Counted from the stretch's first letter, positions 18,419 through 28,228 are shown. The stretch is DNA of 64,000 bases from Alphaproteobacteria bacterium (GCA_017471705.1 JAFUSH010000046.1:252-64251), one strand, 5' to 3'. Notes: generated by a model from the sequence alone, not told the origin. Numbers and translations: made by a program.

Positions 18419-19200
18419 GTTTAAAACGCAAAAAACGTGCGAAATTTAATGCTCACACGTTTCTCCCGAATTATACCAAAAAAAGTAGTAAAAAACGGCA
18501 AAAGTGTCCACCCCTTTTTTGTACTGTACATATTTCTTGTGGATAATTCTGTATGTTTTACACCTTTTAAGAGTATAAATCATTGATTTTAGAAGTTTTC
18601 ACACTTCGCCTCCGATTATACCGTTCAAGATAGCATAAAGCGGCAAAAATGTCGCGAACTATTTTGTCGCGACAAATTTTATGTTAAAACTTCCGGGTAT
18701 TTCAAACGCAAAAAACGTGCGGAATCTAATCCTCACACGTTTCTCCCGAATTATACCAAAAAAAGTAGCAAAAAACGGCAAAAATGTTAACTACTTTTTT
18801 GTTAACAACATCTTTTTTGTGGACAGTTCCGTATGTTTTAGACTTATAAAAAACATAACCTATTGTTTCTTGATACTTTTCTCTTCCGATTATACAGGAA
18901 AAGCTAACATAAAATAATCAAAATGTCTTGTACTTTTATGTCCTGACAATTTTTTTGTTACATTTACGAAAAAAACGTGTGGAATCTGATCTGCACACGC
19001 TTCTCCCGAATTATACCAGAAAAAGTAGCAAAAAATAGCAAAAGTGTCCACGGATTTTTTGTGTGCACAATTTTGTTGTTAATTTTTACCCCCATTTAAA
19101 ACACAAAAACGTGTGGAAACTGATCCGCACAAGTTTCTCCCGAATTATACCAGAAAAAGTATCATAAAATTGCAAAAATGTCTCGTGCTTTTTTGTTCCC
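18419..19200 (-). repeat. array of 4 (+2 partial) ~100-bp repeats, each with an extended -10 box and a hairpin plus U-run on the minus strand
   Basis: The core 'aacgtg..cacacgtttctcccgaattatacca' occurs at 18432, 18712, 18972 and 19105. On the minus strand it reads TGGTATAAT-tcgggag-hairpin-TTTTTT. The TATAAT boxes are at 18470, 18750, 19010 and 19144. Confidence 0.8.
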
Positions 19201-19841
19201 AACATGCACTAATTTGTCCCCAACATAGTTTTTAACTGTTTTTACGGCATTAATTTAAAGGTATCCGGTTTCGCCTTTGGTATATGATTGCCGGGTATAT
19301 GGCACGTTTCGGAAGATTTTTGCCATTGTTGCGGAATTATATCGCAAATTCAAAGGATTAAAAAGAGAGTTATTTTCCACTACCGTTTCAGGCGTTTTAG
19401 TACAAACAAGAAATTTTTCATAAAAAAGCGTATGGATACGCGACCAGACCATTTTATAAATTTTTGCAAACATAGCGCAAAATCTGGGCTTTCAAGGCAC
19501 AAAAAAATACCCACCGCAAAGGGTAGGTATTAACAGTTGGTCGGCGACATCTAGGGAAAATCCCTACTTTGATACCGCCTCGTTTTCATTTAGATGTATT
19601 ATAGCGATATAGCCCTGAAAACACAAGGGTTTTCTCAATTTTTTCAGAACATATTTTCACCTAGAGGGTTAATTTTCCTCCCAGTGTGAACACCCACTCA
19701 TTTTTCGCGGAAAGGTTTTCTTAATATACTGATATACCATTAAATATTTAAAAGCCTCAAATAAACCAGTGACTAATGTCTTTTTTTCTGGACTTTCACT
19801 TTTTTCCAAGCATTTATGACGCTACCTAGAAAGGAAATGCC

Positions 19842-20093
19842 ATGAAATTTAAAAAATATCAAGATATAATGCCAAGTAACAGAACAAATTTTACAATGGT
19901 TTACAACTATGCCGCCCGAACCTTAACTCAAATTGAGACTATATTAAAACAGGCCTATGGAAATCCTCTGCCTGATCGCCCAAAGCGGCGTTTGGAACGT
20001 ATGCGCCACAAAATGGAACAAATGGTAGCACGATATAAACAATGTGAAGCCGATCTGAAGAAAGAGTATATTGAGAAAAAGAAAAGGATTTAA
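19842..20093 (+). CDS. small basic helical protein; paralogue of 225..473
   Basis: See 225..473. GGAAAT lies 5 nt upstream of the ATG. Confidence 0.5.
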   Translation: MKFKKYQDIMPSNRTNFTMVYNYAARTLTQIETILKQAYGNPLPDRPKRRLERMRHKMEQMVARYKQCEADLKKEYIEKKKRI

Positions 20094-20191
20094 ATTAATT
20101 TATTTTTTATCATTTGGATCACGCACAAAAAAGTACCAGAACAACTATAATGGAAAATTGGTAAAAAATAGAATCCCAAGAAAGATGGTTT

Positions 20192-20404
20192 TCACCATTC
20201 TCGGTCACCATCTTCGCGTTCCCAGCTCAAATTTCCATGTTCATCTATGGAGTTATGTTGACCTTCATCATAATTATCTCGTTCAATTTCACCAGAACGA
20301 ATATAATCCTCTGCCGTTGGCTCCCGACTAAAAGGACTAGGCCTTCTCGGTTGTTCGTTTGATTGGTTCATAATTCCAAAAAATACTTCACTCCAAAATC
20401 CCAT
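20192..20404 (-). CDS. small acidic protein
   Basis: 70 aa, rich in Asp and Glu. AAGGAG lies 6 nt upstream of the ATG, which comes directly after the 52-aa membrane peptide gene. Confidence 0.4.
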   Translation of the reverse strand: MGFWSEVFFGIMNQSNEQPRRPSPFSREPTAEDYIRSGEIERDNYDEGQHNSIDEHGNLSWEREDGDREW

Positions 20405-20413
20405 ATTTTCTCC

Positions 20414-20572
20414 TTACATTTTATCACCATCTATTGTAATCCCACGAGGCGTTCCTAAGGTCGCCAGTATCAAAATTATAAACATTAAGATTACACCAGC
20501 TCCAAAAGCTAAGGGGATTTGAAACATAGCACCGATTGCAAAGCATGCAAACATTAAAATAAACCCAAACAT
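20414..20572 (-). CDS. 52-aa hydrophobic membrane peptide (below ORF-track cutoff)
   Basis: My translation is MFGFILMFACFAIGAMFQIPLAFGAGVILMFIILILATLGTPRGITIDGDKM, which has two TM-like stretches. It replaces the track ORF 20424..20618, which is in another frame. Confidence 0.4.
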   Translation of the reverse strand: MFGFILMFACFAIGAMFQIPLAFGAGVILMFIILILATLGTPRGITIDGDKM

Positions 20573-20741
20573 ATAATAATAGTCCTCTAGTTTGTTGAAT
20601 ACGAGAAAATAATATCATAAAAAATGTCCAAAATCAACAGATCAAAATATAGTAATGTCAATTTTTGACATCTATTTAATTGACATTCGAAATCGATTTA
20701 CTGTATAATCATCCTACTATTGATAAAAATGGAGCCGGAAC

Positions 20742-21677
20742 ATGTATAAAAAAACGCAAACGCTCAATGACCTGATTTTGTGGATGCAGGACACAGATGA
20801 TGGTATTTCCCTTAAAGATATCATGGAAAAGTATGATGTCTCACTCCGGACAGCAGTCCGCATGAAAGATTCAATCGCCGAAAAATATCCTGAATTAAAA
20901 GAAATCAGCGGTCCATATAACACAAAACGTTGGTATTTACCTAAAGGCACCGGCCACGATATGGTCAGCTTTTCAATGGAAGAGATCCACGCGCTACAGA
21001 ATGCATCCAAACTTTTGGCTTCAAAGAAGATGATTGATTCGCGCTATATCGATAATGTCTTACACAAAATAAAGGCCCTTATCGGTAAAGATGCCATAAA
21101 CAGAATAGAACCGGATGCTGAGGCTCTTTTGGAAGCTGAAGGTTACGCTTTCCGGCCCGGACCAAAAATTATTATCAATACAGAACACTTAAAACAACTC
21201 CGGTACGCAATTATTGCGTGCAATCGGATTAAAATAAAATATGATTCTGTCCATAATAAAAACTGGCGTGAATTATTCCCATATGGCTTTTTATATGGCA
21301 ATAAGCACTATTTAATTGCTTGGGACCCGACAAAACGTAAAATGTGTCACTTTAACCTGAATAAAATAAAAGAAATTGAAGTCTTAAAGACATACTTTAA
21401 ACGTGATCTTCATTTCTCTCTTAAAGAATTCAGCGAACAGGCTTTTGGCGTTTACCAAGAAAAGCCGTTTGATGTTGAATGGTTGTTTGATGCAGAAGTC
21501 GCAGATTCAGCTCAGCAATATACTTTTCATCCTAAACAAGAAGCAATTCGGAACTCGGACGGTACCTTAACAGTTAAATTCCGTGCCGGCGGTGCTCGTG
21601 AAATGGATTGGCATCTCTACACTTGGGGAGACCACGTAAAAGTTATTAAACCGGAAGATTTTGATAAAAGGAAATAA
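20742..21677 (+). CDS. WYL-domain transcriptional regulator (BrxR/CapW-like position)
   Basis: N-terminal HTH 'ISLKDIMEKYDVSLRTAVRMKDSI' and a WYL-like core 'RELFPYGFLYGNKHYLIAWD'. It lies immediately upstream of the Ssp locus. Confidence 0.75.
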   Translation: MYKKTQTLNDLILWMQDTDDGISLKDIMEKYDVSLRTAVRMKDSIAEKYPELKEISGPYNTKRWYLPKGTGHDMVSFSMEEIHALQNASKLLASKKMIDSRYIDNVLHKIKALIGKDAINRIEPDAEALLEAEGYAFRPGPKIIINTEHLKQLRYAIIACNRIKIKYDSVHNKNWRELFPYGFLYGNKHYLIAWDPTKRKMCHFNLNKIKEIEVLKTYFKRDLHFSLKEFSEQAFGVYQEKPFDVEWLFDAEVADSAQQYTFHPKQEAIRNSDGTLTVKFRAGGAREMDWHLYTWGDHVKVIKPEDFDKRK

Positions 21678-21682
21678 TACTC

Positions 21683-21907
21683 TTGTGGATCAGCAAAGAA
21701 AAATACGAAGACATTGAGCGGCGCGTAAAAGAGCTTAACGAAGAACTTCAACGCCTCTATAATATGGCATACTTAGTTGATATAAAAAGAAATGGCATGA
21801 AAATGGTCATGACCTTTTGCCAAGGCGACAAAATGTTTACGATCGAGGCTGTGCGAATTATATCTGGAGGCAAAGATATATCAAAACTAGTTCCGCCCAC
21901 TGATTAA
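21683..21907 (+). CDS. hypothetical small protein (TTG start, weak)
   Basis: The 74-aa ORF overlaps the sspA 3' end convergently by 21 nt. No motif recognised. Confidence 0.2.
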   Translation: MWISKEKYEDIERRVKELNEELQRLYNMAYLVDIKRNGMKMVMTFCQGDKMFTIEAVRIISGGKDISKLVPPTD

Positions 21908-23068
21908 TTCAATAGCGGTACTGACATCGTCCATATTAGAAAAGCGGCCAACGGTGATTCGAAAAGAGTGTTCAGCTTCTTCTGTTGTCAGGCCAATTGC
22001 CTTCAAAACGTGTGATGGCTCTTGAATGCCACTAGTACAGGCAGAACCGGTTGAAAATGCTATTTTAGGCTGTAATGACAATATCATGTCTCGGGCATCA
22101 CGATTATAAAGCATAACATTAAGGTTTCCCGGATGCCTGCTTTCAATTGTGCCATTGATTTTTAAATCCGGGAATTTAGCTCTTAATCCCTCCAGTAATT
22201 TTGCACGCAAATCACTAATATACTGAGCCTCTGTGTCTTTTAAATCTTTCATCAGATTAAAGGCTTCGCCCATTCCTACAACTAAGAAGGTCGGCATCGT
22301 ACCGGATCTGTACCCACTTTGTTGACCACCGCCTCTTATAATGGGTGTAGGTTTTAATTCGCTTGCTTGATTAATATAAAGTGCGCCAACGCCTTTCGGT
22401 CCATATACTTTGTGACCAGATAAACTCATCATATCCACGTGATTTTCGACAACATCAATGTTTGCATACGCACCCTGTGCCGCATCAACATGAAAAATTG
22501 CACCTTTATCTTTGCACATTGCTCCAATTTTTTCTAAAGGCTGATTAACACCGATTTCGTTGTTTGTTGCCATTGTTGAAACAAGTAGTACATCATCTGT
22601 CAGAAGGTCTCTTAATGCATTAAAATCAACAATTCCATCGTGATTTACAGGAATTTTTTTCATGGTAAAACCAAAGCGTTCTAGAAAGCGTGATGCCCCC
22701 AGGACGCATTTATGCTCAATCGCTGAAACAAGGATCGTTCTCCTTTTTGACTTATCTAATGCGGTGTAGCCCATTCCAATAATTGCTAAGTTATTTGATT
22801 CTGTTGCTCCTGATGTAAAAACTATTTCGTCTTCAAGTGCATTAATATAATCAGCAACCATTCCTTTTGCACTTTCAATAGCGTCGTTTGCTTTCCATCC
22901 GAAAGAATGTTCTGATGAATGAGGATTACCGAATTTCGTCGTCACAAACGGAAGCATCTTATCTAAAACGCGTGCATCAAGAGGCGTTGATGCCTGATAG
23001 TCAAGATAAACACCTGTATCACCAGTATTTTCGCCGTTTTTAATTAAATTTGATAAATTATTTTTCAT
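21887..23068 (-). CDS. sspA: cysteine desulfurase (IscS/NifS class), SspA/DndA-type
   Basis: 'FTSGATESNN', PLP-Lys block 'SGHKVYGPKGVGALY' and active-site Cys loop 'STGSACTSG'. I moved the start to the ATG at 23068 (MKNNLSN), because the track start at 23218 would overlap sspB. Confidence 0.8.
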   Translation of the reverse strand: MKNNLSNLIKNGENTGDTGVYLDYQASTPLDARVLDKMLPFVTTKFGNPHSSEHSFGWKANDAIESAKGMVADYINALEDEIVFTSGATESNNLAIIGMGYTALDKSKRRTILVSAIEHKCVLGASRFLERFGFTMKKIPVNHDGIVDFNALRDLLTDDVLLVSTMATNNEIGVNQPLEKIGAMCKDKGAIFHVDAAQGAYANIDVVENHVDMMSLSGHKVYGPKGVGALYINQASELKPTPIIRGGGQQSGYRSGTMPTFLVVGMGEAFNLMKDLKDTEAQYISDLRAKLLEGLRAKFPDLKINGTIESRHPGNLNVMLYNRDARDMILSLQPKIAFSTGSACTSGIQEPSHVLKAIGLTTEEAEHSFRITVGRFSNMDDVSTAIELISGRN

Positions 23069-23160
23069 TTTTTTCACTTTTCTATGGAAATTTTTTTTTG
23101 AATCCTGTATTATCACTTTCAACTGGAGAATGTCACCAGCGAAAAAAAGGATAGCATAAA

Positions 23161-24099
23161 ATGAAAAATGAATCAACTCTAAAAAATTCAAAACCCGTTT
23201 TTTCGGGGCATGAAACATTTCCGCTTAGGTACGGATGGCTGAAAAAAGTGTACGATGCGGCTATCGCTGTGGAAAAGAAAAAAGGAAATATTTCCAAGGA
23301 CTTATTCAATAATATTGAGGCAATTTCAATCCTCGGCGTTGGTAAAAATATGGTTTCGTCAATGCGTTATTGGGCTCTTTATACAGGCATTTTAGCTGTG
23401 AATGAAGATAAAAATTTATATGTCACAGACTATGCAAAAAAGATTTTCGCGGATACCGGCTTTGATCCGTGGCTTGAAAACTATGCTACTCTTTGGCTAA
23501 TACATTGGAATTTGGCAACAAATCTAAATTTACTTACTTATTACTGGGTCTTCAACAGACTTAATGCGGCTACGTTTGATAAAGATTCACTTGTTGCATC
23601 TATTCAAGAAGCTCTCTCGGAGAATGATTTACCGGATGTTTCCCCCTCTACTTTAAAACGTGATGTAGAATGCTTCCTGGGGGTTTATTCCACCCGTTCT
23701 GCAAAGGAAAAATCTAACGAAGAAAGTATTGAATCACCGTTAACAGAGCTTGCCTTGATCTCCCCCCTTACACGTAGAGATTTGTTTCAAACAAAAGTTG
23801 GTGCAAAGCCTAATTTATCCGTTTACACCTTTATTTTCGGACTTCTAATGTTCTGGAAATTTTATTCACCTAATTCTAAGACTTTATCATTAGAAGCAAT
23901 TTGTTACGAAGAAATGTCGCCGGGCCGTATATTCCTTATTAATGAAAATGCTATTGGAGATTTTGCCCAAAATATTTCTGAAGTTACAAATGGTTTATTA
24001 GAATGGTCAGAAACAGCGGGACTAAAGCAAATCTTATTAAAAAAGGATATAGATTTTGAAAAAGAAGCCTTTAAGATCTTTGAAAGGAATTACAAATGA
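23161..24099 (+). CDS. sspB: DUF4007-family protein, SspB-type
   Basis: N-terminal 'FSGHETFPLRYGWLKK' is the DUF4007 signature. It is the first gene of the sspBCD operon. Confidence 0.75.
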   Translation: MKNESTLKNSKPVFSGHETFPLRYGWLKKVYDAAIAVEKKKGNISKDLFNNIEAISILGVGKNMVSSMRYWALYTGILAVNEDKNLYVTDYAKKIFADTGFDPWLENYATLWLIHWNLATNLNLLTYYWVFNRLNAATFDKDSLVASIQEALSENDLPDVSPSTLKRDVECFLGVYSTRSAKEKSNEESIESPLTELALISPLTRRDLFQTKVGAKPNLSVYTFIFGLLMFWKFYSPNSKTLSLEAICYEEMSPGRIFLINENAIGDFAQNISEVTNGLLEWSETAGLKQILLKKDIDFEKEAFKIFERNYK

Positions 24100-27000
24100 T
24101 GGAAAAAATGTCCGACATCGTAAAAATAAATACTAGATTTTGTCGTTCAATCAATATTAATCAAGATCTTGGAAACGCTGATATTCTTGCAGGTTTTATT
24201 TGTCCTGCTTCTTCTGAAATTGCTTTGCTCAATATAGCTGAAAACGTATACGCTACGGGGCAAGCCGCATTTACGTGGACAGGCCCCTATGGCTCAGGTA
24301 AGTCTTCACTTGCTTTATTTTTGTCTGCATTAATCGGAAAAGACAAGAAACTACGTACCCTAGCACAAAGTCTATTTAAGGAATCCGCAAAAGAAGAATT
24401 TTACTCAAAAATCAAAGTAAATGACGGTTGGGAAATTCTTCCAATAATCGGCGATAAACAGGATCCTGCAGTACTATTAAAAGAGGCTATCGAGAAGAAG
24501 CAAGGTAAAAAGTGCACAGACATTCTAAAATCAATACAAGAAATCGCTGATACATCAGATGGATTGCTCATTTTTATTGATGAAATGGGAAAATGCCTAG
24601 AGAGCGCGGCAAAAGGTCAAGGCGATGTGTACTTGTTTCAACAATTAGCTGAATATGTGTCAAGAAGTAATGGTAAAATAATCCTTATTGGAATTCTGCA
24701 CCAGGCGTTTGCAGAGTATGCGCGTTATTTGCCGCATACAATCCGCGATGAATGGATTAAAATTCAAGGGCGATTTGTTGATACGCCTATCAATACTGCA
24801 GGCGAAGAACAAATTGAATTGATTTCTAAAGCGATAACAACAGACTTTACTTCATCATCAATAAAGGATGTTGTTGAAAAAACGGTTACGTCAATTGCAA
24901 AAAATAAACTTATTACATCAAAGGAAGGTTTAACACAGTCACTTCTTCACTGCTGGCCTATTTCTCCAGTAGTAGTTACGCTGTTAGCTCAAATTTCAAG
25001 AAAAAGATTTGGCCAAAACCAGCGCAGTATTTTCTCGTTCTTGAGTTCCGGAGAGCCGAAAGCATTCAGAGACTTTATTAACTCAACAAGTTTTTCCAAT
25101 GATAAGATGTACATGCCGGAGGATTTGTTTGACTATCTGAAACTAAATCTTGAATCTTCTATTTTATCATCATCTGATTCAAAGATTTGGAACATTGCTA
25201 CTGACGTTTTGGCACGTTGCCAAGCCAAAGGAGCTTCCCTGGAACACATAAATGTCTTAAAAACGATTGCTCTGATTGATATGTTTAATGGTGCTTCAGG
25301 CCTTGTTTCAAATGAAGAACTCCTCCAGGCACTTTATCCAAAGGCAAATATAAAAGCTGTTATAAAAGATTTAACATCCTGGTCAGTCATTATTCTTAAA
25401 AAGCACTTAAACGCGTATTCAATTTATGAAGGTAGTGACTTTGATATTGAAAAAGCACTTGCTGAAGCATATGCCGCAATTCCAACGCTTGAGATTCAAA
25501 AACTCGTCGACATAGCTAATTTCAAACCGATTATTGCAAAACGCCATTATCATAAATACGGATGCATGAGATGGTTAGATATTCTGCTTACCCCAGTTGA
25601 AAATTATAAAGAGTTCTTGAACCATGAACATGATCACAGCAAGTCTGTTGGCTTTTTTGCGATCTTCCTCCCGCAAAACCCGACCGAGGAGCAGAAAGCA
25701 ACAGAAATAACGCAAGGTAAAAATAAATTTGATTTCCCTGTGTTCATGACCGTTGCAAAAAATACGCAGACAATTAATGAGTACCTAAAAGAATTGCTGG
25801 CCCTTGAGTGGATCCAAAAAAATAAAAATGAATTAGCCGGCGATCACATTGCACGCCGTGAGATAGAAAATAGACGACTAATCATTATTTCCCTACTAGA
25901 AGTCCAATTGAATGAAATTTTAACGGCTTCTGAATGGTATAAAAATGGCGAAGCTCTTGGTTTAATTAAACAGAATGAATTTAGTGTTTTAGCTTCCAAG
26001 GTCTGTGAACAGGTTTATCCTGAAACTCCTATCATCAAAAGTGAGCTAGTCAATAGAACAAAGCCTTCGGGAAGCGCAAATAGCGCACTGAATAATTTAT
26101 TAAAAGACATGGTTCTGCAGGAAGGCGAAGATCTTTTTGGTATTAAAGGATTCACGCCAGAACGCGGATTATTTAACATTTTACTTCAAGAAACAGGTAT
26201 CTATCGCTTGACAGATAAGGAAACATACGGATTCGGAGCCCCAAGAGCCGAGAATTTGTTAAGCCTTTGGAAAACGACAGATTCAATGTTCAAAAAGGTT
26301 AAACGTGCTGTTTCGTTAGCTGATGTATATGAACAATGGGGCAAACCGCCATTTGGTATTAAGGCCGGATTATATAATTTCCTAGCTCTTGCATATATGC
26401 TAAGCAGAAAAACAAAAATAGCAGTCTACAGAGATGGAACTTATATTCCGGAAATAAATGATTTATTGGTAGATTATTTATTGAAATCACCTAAAACAAT
26501 TTCATTAAAACTAGTTGATGCAGATGATGTAACAGGTCATATTTTGCCGGCAATTGCACAATTGTTAAATACGCTTCAATCTACTAATCAAATTCCATTA
26601 AACGCATCACCATTAACAATTGCTCGTAAATTAGTACAGATCATTGATAAATTGCCGCCTTGGGTATTGAAAACTAAGACGCTGTCAAAGCGGACGATAA
26701 AATTTAGGGAAATTGTTAAATCTGCAAACGATCCACATAAGTTGCTTTTAGAGGATATTGAGAAAGTCTTTTATGATGAAGTAGAAAACAAAGACGGCGA
26801 TAAATCTACCATCATTATTCAAAATCTGAAAGAAGCTATGGAGGAGCTTATCAATATTTATCCGGCAACAATGACCAACATTGCTTTGTTGTTGACAAAT
26901 GAGCTGGATGTTCCTCTCGCCACGCCAACGCACTTGGAAAAGTTGCGTGAGCGCGCTAAAAATATCAAAGGTGTATCAGGCAATTTCAAAATTGATGCAT

Positions 27001-27398
27001 TTGCGGCTCGTATTTCTACATTTAACTCCAGCCTTGCAGATATCGCTGGTATCGTAAGTTTGGCAAACAACAAACCACCGCATGACTGGATAGATCTTGA
27101 TATTGAAAATGCTAAAAAGGAAATCTTAAACCTTTGTACCGAATTCAAGAAAGCTGAGTTATATACGAAAGTCAAAAATCGCCCAGCTTCACGACAGGCT
27201 GTCGCTTTTATTGCCGGTATCGGAAATAAAGCTGAAGTTATCGAGGGCGAATTTGATTTGCTTACCGATATGCAATCTGACGTATCTAATTTAAAAAACA
27301 AAATTAAAGATGCTGTTAAAGATACGACAAACAAAAACGTACTTTTAGCCGCATTAACAGAAATTAGCATTGAGTATTTAAAGGCAGGAAATGACTGA
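24096..27398 (+). CDS. sspC: large P-loop ATPase, SspC-type
   Basis: Walker A 'GPYGSGKSS' and Walker B-like 'LLIFIDEMGK'. It overlaps sspB by 4 nt and sspD by 8 nt. Confidence 0.7.
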   Translation: MMEKMSDIVKINTRFCRSININQDLGNADILAGFICPASSEIALLNIAENVYATGQAAFTWTGPYGSGKSSLALFLSALIGKDKKLRTLAQSLFKESAKEEFYSKIKVNDGWEILPIIGDKQDPAVLLKEAIEKKQGKKCTDILKSIQEIADTSDGLLIFIDEMGKCLESAAKGQGDVYLFQQLAEYVSRSNGKIILIGILHQAFAEYARYLPHTIRDEWIKIQGRFVDTPINTAGEEQIELISKAITTDFTSSSIKDVVEKTVTSIAKNKLITSKEGLTQSLLHCWPISPVVVTLLAQISRKRFGQNQRSIFSFLSSGEPKAFRDFINSTSFSNDKMYMPEDLFDYLKLNLESSILSSSDSKIWNIATDVLARCQAKGASLEHINVLKTIALIDMFNGASGLVSNEELLQALYPKANIKAVIKDLTSWSVIILKKHLNAYSIYEGSDFDIEKALAEAYAAIPTLEIQKLVDIANFKPIIAKRHYHKYGCMRWLDILLTPVENYKEFLNHEHDHSKSVGFFAIFLPQNPTEEQKATEITQGKNKFDFPVFMTVAKNTQTINEYLKELLALEWIQKNKNELAGDHIARREIENRRLIIISLLEVQLNEILTASEWYKNGEALGLIKQNEFSVLASKVCEQVYPETPIIKSELVNRTKPSGSANSALNNLLKDMVLQEGEDLFGIKGFTPERGLFNILLQETGIYRLTDKETYGFGAPRAENLLSLWKTTDSMFKKVKRAVSLADVYEQWGKPPFGIKAGLYNFLALAYMLSRKTKIAVYRDGTYIPEINDLLVDYLLKSPKTISLKLVDADDVTGHILPAIAQLLNTLQSTNQIPLNASPLTIARKLVQIIDKLPPWVLKTKTLSKRTIKFREIVKSANDPHKLLLEDIEKVFYDEVENKDGDKSTIIIQNLKEAMEELINIYPATMTNIALLLTNELDVPLATPTHLEKLRERAKNIKGVSGNFKIDAFAARISTFNSSLADIAGIVSLANNKPPHDWIDLDIENAKKEILNLCTEFKKAELYTKVKNRPASRQAVAFIAGIGNKAEVIEGEFDLLTDMQSDVSNLKNKIKDAVKDTTNKNVLLAALTEISIEYLKAGND

Positions 27399-28227
27399 AA
27401 AAGTAAAACACGTTTTAGGAATATCGGGTGGAAAGGATAGCGCGGCTCTCGCTGTTTATATGCGTGATAACTATCCTGAGCTTGATATTGACTACTTCTT
27501 CACCGACACGGGAAAAGAGCTTCCTGAGGTTTATTCTTTTCTTAGCAAACTAGAAGGATATTTAGGTAAACCTATTTTGCGTATTAATCCGGATCGCGAT
27601 TTTGATTTTTGGTTGATGCAACACAATAACTTCCTGCCATCGGCACAGGCCCGTTGGTGTACGATTTGCATGAAACTTAAACCTTTTGAGGCTTGGGTCG
27701 GCAAATTCTTAAATGACGGATATACCGTGTATTCATATGTTGCTATTCGCTCAGACGAAGAATATCGCGAAGGCTATCAATCTCGCCATGAAAATCTAAA
27801 GGTAAAAATGCCATTTAGAGAAAATGGAATTGATAAAAAAGGCGTTATTGACATTCTTGAATACTCAGGGCTTGGATTGCCGGATTATTACAAATGGCGA
27901 TCAAGAAGTGGTTGTACGTTCTGTTTCTTCCAAAGAAAGATTGAGTGGGTTCGCTTAATGGAGAAACACCCGGATGCTTTTGAGGAAGCAAAAAGTTATG
28001 AGAAAAAAGCCACCGCCAGCGGATCACCTTTCACATGGTCAGAGCATGAATCACTCGAGGATCTATCAAAACCTGAGAGAGTAGCCCAAATTAAGCAAGA
28101 TTATGAAAGACGTCTAGAGCGGCTGAAAAAGCAACGCATGGCAAATCCACTTCGTCCTGATAATGAAGAAATCGATATGGATGATTTATATGGTAAATCG
28201 AAGGTTTGTCTTGCTTGCCATAAATAA
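27391..28227 (+). CDS. sspD: PAPS-reductase/PP-loop ATP pyrophosphatase, SspD (DndC-like)
   Basis: PP-loop 'GISGGKDSAA' and Cys clusters 'WCTICM', 'SGCTFCFF', 'CLACH'. Confidence 0.8.
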   Translation: MTEKVKHVLGISGGKDSAALAVYMRDNYPELDIDYFFTDTGKELPEVYSFLSKLEGYLGKPILRINPDRDFDFWLMQHNNFLPSAQARWCTICMKLKPFEAWVGKFLNDGYTVYSYVAIRSDEEYREGYQSRHENLKVKMPFRENGIDKKGVIDILEYSGLGLPDYYKWRSRSGCTFCFFQRKIEWVRLMEKHPDAFEEAKSYEKKATASGSPFTWSEHESLEDLSKPERVAQIKQDYERRLERLKKQRMANPLRPDNEEIDMDDLYGKSKVCLACHK

Positions 28228-28228
28228 T

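Larger units (their letters stand above)
1608..19250. mobile_element. putative serine-recombinase-borne defence island (mosaic; ends not defined)
   Basis: The recombinase operon is at 15.4-18.3 kb. The cargo consists of R-M and defence-type genes with patchy base composition. Paralogous small genes sit at 225 and 19842. Confidence 0.4.

Noticed and set aside
18419-19200. CRISPR array
   Set aside because: The repeats are ~50-100 bp and irregularly spaced (280, 260 and 134 bp). The intervening sequence is partly repeated too, and there are no cas genes.
20424-20618. 64-aa track ORF
   Set aside because: A different frame in the same interval gives a clean two-TM peptide, followed by an SD and the start of the next gene.
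23069-23218. N-terminal 50-aa extension of the cysteine desulfurase ORF
   Set aside because: The extension is hydrophobic, non-conserved in appearance, and would overlap the sspB start. The internal ATG at 23068 gives a normal IscS-like N-terminus.
26858-27370. 170-aa minus-strand ORF inside sspC
   Set aside because: It is antisense to a well-supported ATPase gene that overlaps sspD. No signals.
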